A stretch of 47,672 bases of DNA, from NCBI GenBank assembly GCA_013042315.1, contig JABDQM010000132.1:1-47672 (forward strand), read 5' to 3'. Numbering within the stretch: the first letter of the stretch is position 1; the number at the start of each line of letters is the position of its first letter. A program made the position numbers and the translations under genes. Shown in pieces: positions 38,982 to 47,672 of this stretch. The notes under the pieces were generated by a model. That model did not search any database. It was not told where the DNA came from and saw only the letters and a program-made list of their open reading frames with translations. The stretch comes from Flavobacteriaceae bacterium. GTDB taxonomy: Bacteria; Bacteroidota; Bacteroidia; Flavobacteriales; Flavobacteriaceae.

Positions 38982-40325
38982 ATGTATACGTTTTCTAACA
39001 GATTAAAAATCGGAGCAATTGTCCTTATGGCCCTTGGGGTTGTTGGGATGGGTGTTGGATTTGTCACTGTTCCTTCTACTCCGGAAGAAGCCAGGAACAT
39101 GGTTGCGGCTCATGATGACGGTTCGGGAGATTCCCATGCTGAAGAAGGGGAACATCCGGCAGCTGCAAGTGAACACCCGGCAGAAGATGCGGGTCATGCT
39201 GCTGCTTCCGGCCACGATGCTGCTCACGATGAACACCTGATGCATCAACTCCAAAACAGACCCTGGTCTGCTGTGTATGTTGCAGCATTCTTTTTCTTTA
39301 TGATCGCTCTGGGAGTGCTGGCATTTTACGCGATACAGCGTGCAGCACAAGCAGGATGGTCGCCCTTGCTCTTCAGAGTCATGGAAGGTATTACGGCATA
39401 TCTGGTGCCCGGAGGTATAGCTATGTTCGTGCTCTTAGTCCTATCTGTAATGCATTTCAATCATATGTTTGTATGGATGGATTCTGAGGTTGTCGCAGAA
39501 GATACATTATTGCAAGGGAAAGCAGGGTATCTTGATCCTATCTTCTTCCTGATCAGAGCCGCTATTTTTCTAGGCGGATGGATTCTGTACAGGGAGGTGT
39601 CAAGGAGGTTATCCCTGGCGCAGGATGAAGCAAATGACAATCGTAATTTTGTAAAGAATTTTAGATGGGCTGCGGGCTTCCTGGTTTTTTATCTGGTGAC
39701 AGAGTCTATGATGTCATGGGATTGGATCATGAGTATCGATCCACACTGGTTTAGTACTTTGTTTGGCTGGTATATATTCGCCGGTATGATGGTCTCAGGG
39801 ATAACAGTTATCGCCTTAATTACCATCTACCTAAAATCTAAAGGATACCTGCCCGACGTGAATGACAGTCATATCCATGATTTGGCGAAATTCATGTTTG
39901 GATTCAGCATTTTCTGGACGTACCTTTGGTTTAGTCAGTTTATGTTGATCTGGTACGCCAATATTCCTGAGGAAGTGACCTATTTTGTGACTAGGATAGA
40001 GGATTATAACTTGCCCTTCTTTGGAATGGTTGCCATGAATTTTGTTTTCCCGCTGCTCCTGTTAATGAACAGCGATTACAAAAGGATTAACTGGTTTGTG
40101 GTGATGGCCGGTATAGTGATCCTCGCAGGACACTATGTTGATATCTTTAACATGGTGATGCCGGGAACCGTAGGAGATCAGTGGTCTATTGGCATACCTG
40201 AATTTGGAGCTATTTGTTTCTTTGCAGGAGGATTTATTTTATGGGTTTTCAGAGCACTTACTAAAGTGCCATTGCAGCCCAAGAGAAATCCGTTTGTAGA
40301 GGAGAGCAGACATTTTCACTATTAA
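38982..40325 (+). CDS. actF: ACIII subunit ActF (quinol:cytochrome c oxidoreductase membrane subunit)
   Basis: DWIMSIDPHWFST, HIHDLAK, WTYLWFSQFMLIWYANIPEE motifs; His-rich loop after TM1. Confidence 0.93.
   Translation: MYTFSNRLKIGAIVLMALGVVGMGVGFVTVPSTPEEARNMVAAHDDGSGDSHAEEGEHPAAASEHPAEDAGHAAASGHDAAHDEHLMHQLQNRPWSAVYVAAFFFFMIALGVLAFYAIQRAAQAGWSPLLFRVMEGITAYLVPGGIAMFVLLVLSVMHFNHMFVWMDSEVVAEDTLLQGKAGYLDPIFFLIRAAIFLGGWILYREVSRRLSLAQDEANDNRNFVKNFRWAAGFLVFYLVTESMMSWDWIMSIDPHWFSTLFGWYIFAGMMVSGITVIALITIYLKSKGYLPDVNDSHIHDLAKFMFGFSIFWTYLWFSQFMLIWYANIPEEVTYFVTRIEDYNLPFFGMVAMNFVFPLLLLMNSDYKRINWFVVMAGIVILAGHYVDIFNMVMPGTVGDQWSIGIPEFGAICFFAGGFILWVFRALTKVPLQPKRNPFVEESRHFHY
39150..39183 (+). repeat. Short coding direct repeat (21-nt period) in the ActF His-rich loop
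   Basis: GAACATCCGGCAG at 39150 and GAACACCCGGCAG at 39171, encoding EHPA twice. Confidence 0.6.
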
Positions 40326-40353
40326 TGATTACAGAAATTTATTAGTTTAGATA

Positions 40354-41412
40354 ATGACGACATTACTTACGATACTTGTTTTAATACTAGTGGCTATTGC
40401 GATCTGGCAGATGACCAAGATCTTTGAATTGTCACAGATTAAAGCGGAGACCTCTCAAGTGGCTAATGATAAGGATAACAAGTACAACGGCTACCTTATG
40501 TTTGCCTTCTTGATCTTTATTTACGCGATCACTATTTTCAGTTTCTGGAAGTACACTAAGGTGCTACTTCCCGAGGCGGCGTCAGCTCATGGGTCTGACT
40601 ATGACGAATTGATGTTGTGGTCTTTTGCGATCATCTTTTTTACCCAAACGATTACACAGGCACTCTTACATTACTTTTCCTATAAGTACAAGGGAGAAAA
40701 GGGGAAGAAAGCCCTTTTCTTTGCGGATAATGACCGACTGGAATTTATCTGGACTATTATTCCGGTTATTGTTCTTGCCGCGTTAATCCTGTACGGTCTG
40801 TACACGTGGACCAATATCATGGACGTCAATGATGAGGACGATCCTCTCATTGTAGAATTATACGCGCAGCAATTTAACTGGACCGCCCGATACGGTGGCG
40901 GGGATAATGTACTGGGAGGTGCAAATGTCAGGATGATCGATATTGACCGGGCAAATGTCCTCGGTTTGGACGAATCGGATCCTTATTCCAACGATGATGT
41001 GATTGTAAAAGAGTTGCACTTACCCGTTGGGCGAAAGGTAAACTTCAGATTTCGATCTCAGGATGTATTGCATTCTGCTTACATGCCTCATTTTAGAGCA
41101 CAGATGAACTGCGTTCCGGGGATGATAACGGAATTTTCATTTACTCCTACCATTACCACTGAGGAGATGCGTCTGAAACCCGACGTTATTGACAAAGTAA
41201 AACGAACAAATGCCATCAGAGCCGAAAGAGCACAAAATGGCGAACCTAATTCAGATCCCTGGGAGTTCGACTATGTCCTGCTTTGCAACAAGATATGCGG
41301 AAAATCGCATTACAATATGCAGATGAAGATCATAGTAGAGAGCGAAGAGGATTACAACGCATGGATTGAAAGCCAGCAAACATTTTCACAGTTAATGGCA
41401 TCAATGAATTAG
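40354..41412 (+). CDS. ctaC: Cytochrome c oxidase subunit II (CuA)
   Basis: LEFIWTIIP, AQQFNW, SQDVLHS and CuA motif CNKICGKSHYNM. Confidence 0.95.
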   Translation: MTTLLTILVLILVAIAIWQMTKIFELSQIKAETSQVANDKDNKYNGYLMFAFLIFIYAITIFSFWKYTKVLLPEAASAHGSDYDELMLWSFAIIFFTQTITQALLHYFSYKYKGEKGKKALFFADNDRLEFIWTIIPVIVLAALILYGLYTWTNIMDVNDEDDPLIVELYAQQFNWTARYGGGDNVLGGANVRMIDIDRANVLGLDESDPYSNDDVIVKELHLPVGRKVNFRFRSQDVLHSAYMPHFRAQMNCVPGMITEFSFTPTITTEEMRLKPDVIDKVKRTNAIRAERAQNGEPNSDPWEFDYVLLCNKICGKSHYNMQMKIIVESEEDYNAWIESQQTFSQLMASMN

Positions 41413-41462
41413 ATTAAAAATTAAGGCTAGAAAAGAAAATTAATATAAAATTAAATTAGATT

Positions 41463-43283
41463 ATGTCTGCTACAGCACAAGCACAAGTTGATGATCACGC
41501 ACACGATCATGGACATCATCACAAAGAGACTTTTGTTACCAAATATATCTTTAGTCAGGATCATAAAATGATCTCTAAACAGTACTTGGTTACCGGGTTG
41601 ATCATGGGGATCATCGGGATAGCCATGTCGCTCCTGTTTAGGATGCAACTGGCCTGGCCTGGAGAATCCTTTCCTATTTTTGAAACTCTTCTTGGAAAGT
41701 GGGCTCCTGATGGGGTTATGGACGCTGATGTGTACCTCGCCCTTGTCACGATCCACGGTACTATTATGGTATTCTTTGTGTTAACTGCGGGCCTCAGTGG
41801 TACGTTTAGTAACCTATTGATTCCCCTGCAGATCGGAGCACGAGATATGGCTTCCGGATTTTTAAATATGTTGAGTTACTGGATGTTTTTTACGTCTAGT
41901 GTCATAATGGTGATTTCACTTTTTGTGGAAGCGGGTCCTGCAGCAGCAGGATGGACTATCTATCCTCCCCTTAGTGCCTTGCCCATGGCACAACCGGGAT
42001 CGGGAATGGGGATGACGCTTTGGTTAGTCTCCATGGCTATTTTCATCGCTTCCTCTTTGTTGGGATCGCTGAATTATATCGTAACGGTAATTAATTTGAG
42101 GACCAAGGGAATGTCTATGACCAGACTACCCCTAACGATCTGGGCATTTTTTGTTACCGCCATCATTGGTGTGGTTTCTTTCCCGGTTCTATTATCTGCA
42201 GCACTATTGCTGATTATGGATAGGAGTTTTGGTACCTCCTTCTTTTTGTCAGATATTTTTATTCAGGGAGAAGTGTTGCATTACCAGGGGGGTTCCCCGG
42301 TACTGTACGAACACTTGTTTTGGTTCCTGGGACACCCGGAAGTTTACATCGTACTCTTACCGGCACTCGGAATTACATCTGAAGTAATGTCTACCAATGC
42401 CAGGAAACCCATCTTCGGTTACCGCGCGATGGTAGCATCAATATTGGCTATTGCTTTCCTTTCAACTATCGTTTGGGGGCACCATATGTTTATTTCGGGA
42501 ATGAATCCATTTCTCGGATCTGTCTTTACCTTTACGACCCTCTTGATCGCTATTCCTTCTGGAGTGAAGGCATTTAATTATATCACAACACTTTGGAAAG
42601 GGAACTTGCAGCTCAATCCTGCCATGCTCTTTTCCATTGGCTTGGTATCTACCTTCATTACGGGAGGTTTAACTGGAATTATCCTTGGGGATAGTACGTT
42701 GGATATCAATGTTCACGACACCTATTTTGTTGTAGCACACTTTCACCTGGTGATGGGAATCTCAGCCTTGTACGGTTTATTTGCCGGGGTCTATCACTGG
42801 TTCCCTAAGATGTATAAACGGATGATGAACAAGAATCTGGGATATGTGCATTTCTGGGTAACTGCGATCTGTGCCTATGGGGTATTCTTCCCTATGCATT
42901 TCGTGGGAATGGCCGGGGTGCCGAGGAGATATTACCAGAACACAGCATTTCCTATGTTTGATGAACTTACGGACGTCAATATTCTGATTACCGTATTCGC
43001 TCTTATCGCCGGTGCTGCGCAATTGGTATTCCTTTACAATTTCATCCACAGTATGTTCTACGGTAAACCGACTGAACAGAATCCGTGGAAATCGAATACC
43101 CTCGAATGGACCGCTCCTGTAGAACATATCCACGGAAACTGGGAAGGTGAAATTCCTCATGTACATCGCTGGGCGTACGACTACAGTAAGACTTTGCCTA
43201 ACGGGGAATACATCATAAAAGATCAGGATTTTACCCCTCAAAACGTTCCAATTCAGGAAGAAGAAGAGGAATTGAATCATTGA
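41463..43283 (+). CDS. ctaD: Cytochrome c oxidase subunit I, type A1
   Basis: HGTIM, GWTIYPPL, WFLGHPEVY, VWGHHMF, HDTYFVVAHFH, PRRY motifs. Confidence 0.98.
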   Translation: MSATAQAQVDDHAHDHGHHHKETFVTKYIFSQDHKMISKQYLVTGLIMGIIGIAMSLLFRMQLAWPGESFPIFETLLGKWAPDGVMDADVYLALVTIHGTIMVFFVLTAGLSGTFSNLLIPLQIGARDMASGFLNMLSYWMFFTSSVIMVISLFVEAGPAAAGWTIYPPLSALPMAQPGSGMGMTLWLVSMAIFIASSLLGSLNYIVTVINLRTKGMSMTRLPLTIWAFFVTAIIGVVSFPVLLSAALLLIMDRSFGTSFFLSDIFIQGEVLHYQGGSPVLYEHLFWFLGHPEVYIVLLPALGITSEVMSTNARKPIFGYRAMVASILAIAFLSTIVWGHHMFISGMNPFLGSVFTFTTLLIAIPSGVKAFNYITTLWKGNLQLNPAMLFSIGLVSTFITGGLTGIILGDSTLDINVHDTYFVVAHFHLVMGISALYGLFAGVYHWFPKMYKRMMNKNLGYVHFWVTAICAYGVFFPMHFVGMAGVPRRYYQNTAFPMFDELTDVNILITVFALIAGAAQLVFLYNFIHSMFYGKPTEQNPWKSNTLEWTAPVEHIHGNWEGEIPHVHRWAYDYSKTLPNGEYIIKDQDFTPQNVPIQEEEEELNH

Positions 43284-43303
43284 CGATCAATAAATAATAA
43301 TTC

Positions 43304-43340
43304 AGACCCATCCTTTGAAATATCATTGGATGGGTTTTTT
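43304..43340 (+). terminator. Rho-independent terminator of the act-cta operon
   Basis: Stem AGACCCATCC/GGATGGGTTT followed by a T-tract. Confidence 0.82.
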
Positions 43341-43420
43341 GATTTGCAAAAGATTGATATACTAGTTGTACATTTTGTAATATCTTTAATAAGAATTATT
43401 TAGCGAAAATCACACCTCAT

Positions 43421-44260
43421 ATGAAAATGATGCTCAGACTCTTTACCCTTGTTTTTATTTTTAACTGTATAGGGATACAGGCACAACGCAAACCGAAAAT
43501 CAAGGGGAACAGGGAGGTTACGGAAGTAATAAAATCCCTTCCTTCCTTTTCATCCATAGAGATCAGAGATGATCTGGACATTGTATTAAAAAGGGCTCCT
43601 GAAGAATCGTATAGAATCACAGCCGATGATAACCTTGTCGATGTCCTTAAGTTTGAAGTAGAGAATGGTGTTTTAGTCGTCTCTTCCTTCTATCAGATCA
43701 CAGCAAAAAAAGAATTATCGATTGAAATATCTTATGCTCAACTCAGCGCCATAAGTCTCTTGGATGGAAGAATTTCAACAGCAGAAGGGGAGAGGATCAA
43801 CTCAGAAGAACTAAACGTCGACGCCCAGGGCATTTCGAGAATAGAAGTCGATGCGGATGTAGGACAGCTCAAGCTAAACATGAAGGATAATAGCAAGGGT
43901 ATCTTTAATGTTACTGCCGATAGCCTGGCCCTCCAATTAAAACACAAATCGGATGTACAGGTATACGTCAATTCCTTTTCAAGTTCAGTTCAAATAAGAG
44001 ACAATGCTCTTTTACTGCTAGAAGGAACTTCAAATTCACTGGAACTAAGCAGCAAAGACAATGCCCGAATAAGAGCCCAGGACCTTGAAGCTGATCGTCT
44101 TTCAGCTAACCTGGCAGGTTCCTCTGATACAAGGGTTCTGGTTACTGCAGAGGCAGAACTCGGTCTTTTAGAAAAGGCCAGATGTTACCTTTTTGGGGAC
44201 CCGAAAATTAAGCTGCTTACTTTTAAGGATAACGCCGAACTGTTTAAAAGAAATAAATAA
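43421..44260 (+). CDS. GIN domain (DUF2807, putative adhesin head) protein
   Basis: Signal peptide (IQA-Q), IKGN...F..I, ITADDNL, VENGVL motifs, roughly 19-residue beta-helical repeats, final FGDPK. Confidence 0.82.
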   Translation: MKMMLRLFTLVFIFNCIGIQAQRKPKIKGNREVTEVIKSLPSFSSIEIRDDLDIVLKRAPEESYRITADDNLVDVLKFEVENGVLVVSSFYQITAKKELSIEISYAQLSAISLLDGRISTAEGERINSEELNVDAQGISRIEVDADVGQLKLNMKDNSKGIFNVTADSLALQLKHKSDVQVYVNSFSSSVQIRDNALLLLEGTSNSLELSSKDNARIRAQDLEADRLSANLAGSSDTRVLVTAEAELGLLEKARCYLFGDPKIKLLTFKDNAELFKRNK

Positions 44261-44292
44261 GGCCCCCTTTCCACCTTGGAAAGAGGGCCTTT
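44259..44292. terminator. Terminator hairpin between the convergent GIN gene and pckA
   Basis: AAGGCCCCCTTTCC-ACCTT-GGAAAGAGGGCCTT with one mismatch. Confidence 0.75.
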
Positions 44293-44313
44293 ATAAAAGG
44301 GTTGATTAGTTCC

Positions 44314-45915
44314 TTATGATTGCATAGACATGGAACTCTTAGGCCCTGCATCAACAATGTCCTGATTTACATTCTCTTCAAATTGTTTGAAATTCTCATT
44401 GAAGAGGTTGACCAATTTGTCCTTTACTTCATCGTACTTAGCTTTGTCTTCCCAAGTATTTTTGGGGATCAGCACTTCTGAAGGTACTCCAGGACAAGAT
44501 TCCGGAATCATAAAGCCAAATTCTTCATCTTTCAAATAATTTACATTCTCAAATTCCTTATGATGAATTGCGTCGATCATAGCCCTTGTATACTTGAGCT
44601 TAATTCTCGATCCTACTCCGTGAGCTCCTCCGGTCCATCCTGTGTTGACAAGCCATGCTGTGGCCTTGTGTTCCTTGATTTTCTGCGCGAGGAGTTCGGC
44701 GTACTTGTTAGGATGCCACATCATAAAAGCAGCTCCGAAACAAGCACTGAATGTAGCTTGTGGTTCGGTAACACCCATCTCAGTTCCGGCGACTTTGGCC
44801 GTATATCCCGAAATAAAGTGGTAGCTAGCTTGTTCAGGAGTGAGTTTGCTCACAGGAGGTAAAACACCAAAAGCGTCACAGGTAAGGAAAATAATATTTT
44901 CCGGATGTCCGGCGACACATGGAATTTGCACATTCTCGATAAAATCGATTGGATACGAAGCCCGTGTATTCTGGGTGATGGAAGTGTCGGTATAATCAAC
45001 CTCCCGCGTTGCCTTGTCATAAACGACATTTTCTAACACCGTACCGAACTTGATTGCATTAAAGATATCAGGTTCATTCTCTGCGGATAGATTGATCGCT
45101 TTTGCATAGCATCCACCTTCAATATTAAAAGTACCATCGTCTGTCCAGCAGTGCTCGTCATCTCCAATGAGTTTTCGTTTTGGATCGGCACTTAAAGTCG
45201 TTTTACCGGTTCCTGAAAGTCCAAAGAGGATAGTTACGTCACCCGCATTACCCACATTGGCGGAGCAGTGCATTGGCAATACCTCTTCCAGTGGCATTAA
45301 ATAATTCATAATGGAGAAAATTCCTTTTTTCATTTCTCCTGCGTACTGGGTTCCCAGGATGACCACTTCTTTTTCTTCCAGGTTGAGATCAACACTGGTT
45401 TTAGAGGTCATTTCCGAAGTGTATCGGTTTGCCGGGAATCCACCACCGTTGAAGATCACGTAATCTGGTTCGCCAAAATTGGCGAGTTCATCAGCTGTTG
45501 GCATGATCAGCATATTCTGCATAAACAAGGCGTGATAAGCTCGCGTACAAATAATCCTTACTTTTAAGCGATACTTGGGATCCCAGCCCGCAAAGGCATC
45601 AACGACGTATATTCTTGGCCGTGTATTGAGATAGTCCAAAGCTCTTTCCCGGTTCACCATATAGGTGTGTTCATCAAGACCGATATTGATGTTACCCCAG
45701 TCTATATTCTTTTCTGAATCAGGATGTCTTACGGTTCGCTTGTCCTTAGGGCTCCTTCCCGTTTTTTCTCCGGAATAGACCAAAAGGGAACCTACATCTG
45801 AGATGGCTGTACCTTTTTCCTGGCGTAAGCCCAACTCATATAGTACAGGAACACTACTATTCCTGTATATTTCTTCTACTTCAATTCCGTACTTTTTTAG
45901 ATCAAATTTTCCCAT
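44314..45915 (-). CDS. pckA: Phosphoenolpyruvate carboxykinase (ATP)
   Basis: [49 protein letters not shown]. Confidence 0.99.
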   Translation of the reverse strand: MGKFDLKKYGIEVEEIYRNSSVPVLYELGLRQEKGTAISDVGSLLVYSGEKTGRSPKDKRTVRHPDSEKNIDWGNINIGLDEHTYMVNRERALDYLNTRPRIYVVDAFAGWDPKYRLKVRIICTRAYHALFMQNMLIMPTADELANFGEPDYVIFNGGGFPANRYTSEMTSKTSVDLNLEEKEVVILGTQYAGEMKKGIFSIMNYLMPLEEVLPMHCSANVGNAGDVTILFGLSGTGKTTLSADPKRKLIGDDEHCWTDDGTFNIEGGCYAKAINLSAENEPDIFNAIKFGTVLENVVYDKATREVDYTDTSITQNTRASYPIDFIENVQIPCVAGHPENIIFLTCDAFGVLPPVSKLTPEQASYHFISGYTAKVAGTEMGVTEPQATFSACFGAAFMMWHPNKYAELLAQKIKEHKATAWLVNTGWTGGAHGVGSRIKLKYTRAMIDAIHHKEFENVNYLKDEEFGFMIPESCPGVPSEVLIPKNTWEDKAKYDEVKDKLVNLFNENFKQFEENVNQDIVDAGPKSSMSMQS

Positions 45916-45981
45916 GGATTGTAATTTATGTAATTGGTTGAATTTCTACTGCAAAATAGCGAATTTCTAGGACGGTAAAAG

Positions 45982-45995
45982 ATGATTTTTATCAT
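45982..45995. promoter_or_regulatory. ATGAT-N4-ATCAT palindrome (CRP/FNR-family-like site) between divergent pckA and ruvB
   Basis: Perfect inverted repeat ATGATTTTTATCAT with the geometry of the FNR box TTGAT-N4-ATCAA. Confidence 0.5.
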
Positions 45996-46062
45996 AATAG
46001 AGATTTCTTAATAAATGAAATGGAGTGTTCTTATCAGCCTGAATATCCGAATTGATTTTCAC

Positions 46063-46070
46063 TATCTTTG
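46063..46070 (+). promoter_or_regulatory. -7 promoter element immediately upstream of ruvB
   Basis: TATCTTTG ending 5 nt before the ATG at 46076. Confidence 0.65.
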
Positions 46071-46075
46071 ATTTC

Positions 46076-47098
46076 ATGAACGAGAATCTCGATCCCACAG
46101 CTGAAAATTTCTCTCAGGAAGAACTCGATATCGAACGCGCGTTAAGGCCAGTTTCCTTTGATGATTTTACAGGTCAGGAGTCAGTTTTGGAAAACCTGCA
46201 GATCTTTGTGCAAGCTGCCAATTTGAGAGGTGAAGCCCTCGATCATACCCTCTTTCACGGGCCACCCGGCTTGGGAAAGACCACTTTGGCTCATATTCTG
46301 GCTAATGAACTGGGAGTTGGGATAAAGGTCACTTCGGGTCCGGTATTGGACAAGCCGGGTGATCTTGCAGGACTATTGACCAATCTAGAAGAACGCGATG
46401 TATTATTTATTGATGAAATACACAGACTAAGCCCCATAGTTGAGGAGTATCTCTACTCGGCTATGGAAGATTACAAGATCGATATTATGATTGAGACCGG
46501 CCCCAATGCGAGATCGGTTCAAATTAATCTACATCCCTTTACCCTCATCGGGGCAACTACGAGATCTGGATTATTGACTGCTCCTATGCGAGCTCGATTT
46601 GGGATCCAAAGTAGATTGCAGTATTACAATACCGAATTGTTGTCTACCATAGTGGAGCGCAGTGCCGATATCCTCAAAGTTCCAATCAGTCACGAGGCAG
46701 CAATTGAGATTGCGGGGAGGAGCAGGGGTACACCCAGGATCTGTAATGCCTTGCTAAGGCGAATTCGCGATTTTGCCCAGATCAAAGGCAATGGTAAGAT
46801 CGATATGAATATATCAAAGTATGGCCTTAAAGCCCTCAACGTGGATACTCATGGCCTGGATGAGATGGATAACAAGATCTTATTGACCATCATCGATAAA
46901 TTTAAAGGCGGTCCTGTAGGAATTTCCACCCTGGCCACTGCCGTTTCTGAAAGTGCAGAGACCATTGAAGAGGTGTACGAGCCGTTTCTTATACAGCAGG
47001 GTTTTGTCATGAGGACGCCAAGAGGTAGAGAAGTCACGGAACTTGCGTATCAGCATTTGGGGAGGATAAAAGGAGGTACACAGCCCGGACTTTTTTAA
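46076..47098 (+). CDS. ruvB: Holliday junction branch migration helicase RuvB
   Basis: [37 protein letters not shown]...RTPRGR; ATG at 46076 preferred over TTG at 46052. Confidence 0.99.
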   Translation: MNENLDPTAENFSQEELDIERALRPVSFDDFTGQESVLENLQIFVQAANLRGEALDHTLFHGPPGLGKTTLAHILANELGVGIKVTSGPVLDKPGDLAGLLTNLEERDVLFIDEIHRLSPIVEEYLYSAMEDYKIDIMIETGPNARSVQINLHPFTLIGATTRSGLLTAPMRARFGIQSRLQYYNTELLSTIVERSADILKVPISHEAAIEIAGRSRGTPRICNALLRRIRDFAQIKGNGKIDMNISKYGLKALNVDTHGLDEMDNKILLTIIDKFKGGPVGISTLATAVSESAETIEEVYEPFLIQQGFVMRTPRGREVTELAYQHLGRIKGGTQPGLF

Positions 47099-47672
47099 AT
47101 GCGACAACTCACTACGGTTTCACAATGGGAAGTGATCAGAAATCGGAAACGAATTCTGGCAAACCCCTTGCCCTTCCACTCAGAAAATTTTGAGAAATAC
47201 GGGGACACTTTTAGGGTAAAGGTCGGGCCTCGCCAAACCATTATTTTCACCCGCGATCCGGAAATTGTGCAACAAGTGCTGCAAAAGCAGCAAAAAAAAT
47301 TCAGGAAGTCTTCGCTGCAAACGAAAGACCTGGCCAAATATATCGGACATGGCTTGTTAACCGCTGAAGGGGATCATTGGAGAAGACAACGCAGGATGAT
47401 TCAGCCTGCCTTTCACAAGAAAAAGCTCGCGGGTTTAATTTCAACCATGCACAAGGCTATTAAGGAAGAATTGGGTCGAATCCGACTAAATGAAGAACAA
47501 GATGTCTTCCCCCTGATGGGAGACCTTGCCTTTCAGGTAGTAGCCAAATCGCTGTTCAGCAAGACCGATATCCGCGAGAAAATGCGGGAACTGCAGCACA
47601 TCACAGAGACCAATCAAAAAATGTTGATCCGGGAGATGAGGCAACCTTACCTCGTTTGGTGGTTTAAGCTGA
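47099..47672 (+). CDS. Cytochrome P450, 5' part (runs off the window; not in ORF track)
   Basis: Translated by hand: MRQLTTVSQWEVIRNRKRILANPLPFHSENFEKYGDTF...DPEIVQQVL...GHGLLTAEGDHWRRQRRMIQPAFH. The frame is open to the window end; the heme-binding FxxGxxxC motif is not visible. Confidence 0.88.
   Translation, partial: MRQLTTVSQWEVIRNRKRILANPLPFHSENFEKYGDTFRVKVGPRQTIIFTRDPEIVQQVLQKQQKKFRKSSLQTKDLAKYIGHGLLTAEGDHWRRQRRMIQPAFHKKKLAGLISTMHKAIKEELGRIRLNEEQDVFPLMGDLAFQVVAKSLFSKTDIREKMRELQHITETNQKMLIREMRQPYLVWWFKL

Noticed and set aside
46076-47098. ruvB without adjacent ruvA or ruvC as a sign of gene loss
   Set aside because: The ruv genes are commonly unlinked in Bacteroidota, so absence from this window is uninformative.
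1-47672. CRISPR array, IS elements, retron or toxin-antitoxin/defence loci
   Set aside because: No regularly spaced repeats, and no transposase, reverse transcriptase, Cas or toxin-like ORFs were recognised; intergenic regions are short and largely explained.

Overview
A gene-dense, mostly core chromosomal segment of a Bacteroidota bacterium, most likely Flavobacteriaceae, judged from TAnnTTTG -7 promoter boxes, AT-rich start regions and gene content. In order it carries: an exbB-(membrane protein)-exbD-exbD proton-motor cluster, an outer-membrane beta-barrel, rpoN, asnS, an MMPL/RND transporter, frr, pyrH, tsf, rpsB, rpsI, rplM, polA, a divergent glycosylasparaginase/cutC pair, a metallophosphoesterase, a thioredoxin-fold protein with no cysteines, a DUF2723/TMEM260-like membrane glycosyltransferase, tRNA-Gln(UUG), a cation:proton antiporter, rimP-nusA-infB, a SPOR protein, the alternative complex III operon actABCDEF followed by A1-type cytochrome c oxidase subunits II and I, a GIN-domain protein, pckA, ruvB and the 5' part of a cytochrome P450. 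I found no mobile element, integrase, CRISPR array or defence island, and no clear-cut new multi-gene system. The best leads are: (i) related helix-hairpin-helix (DUF4332/COG3743-like) modules fused to both ribosomal protein S2 and the ACIII subunit ActC; (ii) the cysteine-free thioredoxin; (iii) a 42-aa single-TM small ORF missed by the ORF track; (iv) the DUF2723 protein as a candidate protein O-glycosyltransferase; (v) an extra membrane protein and two divergent ExbDs in the motor cluster; (vi) several structured leaders and regulatory palindromes. All family assignments come from motif recognition by eye, not from database searches.
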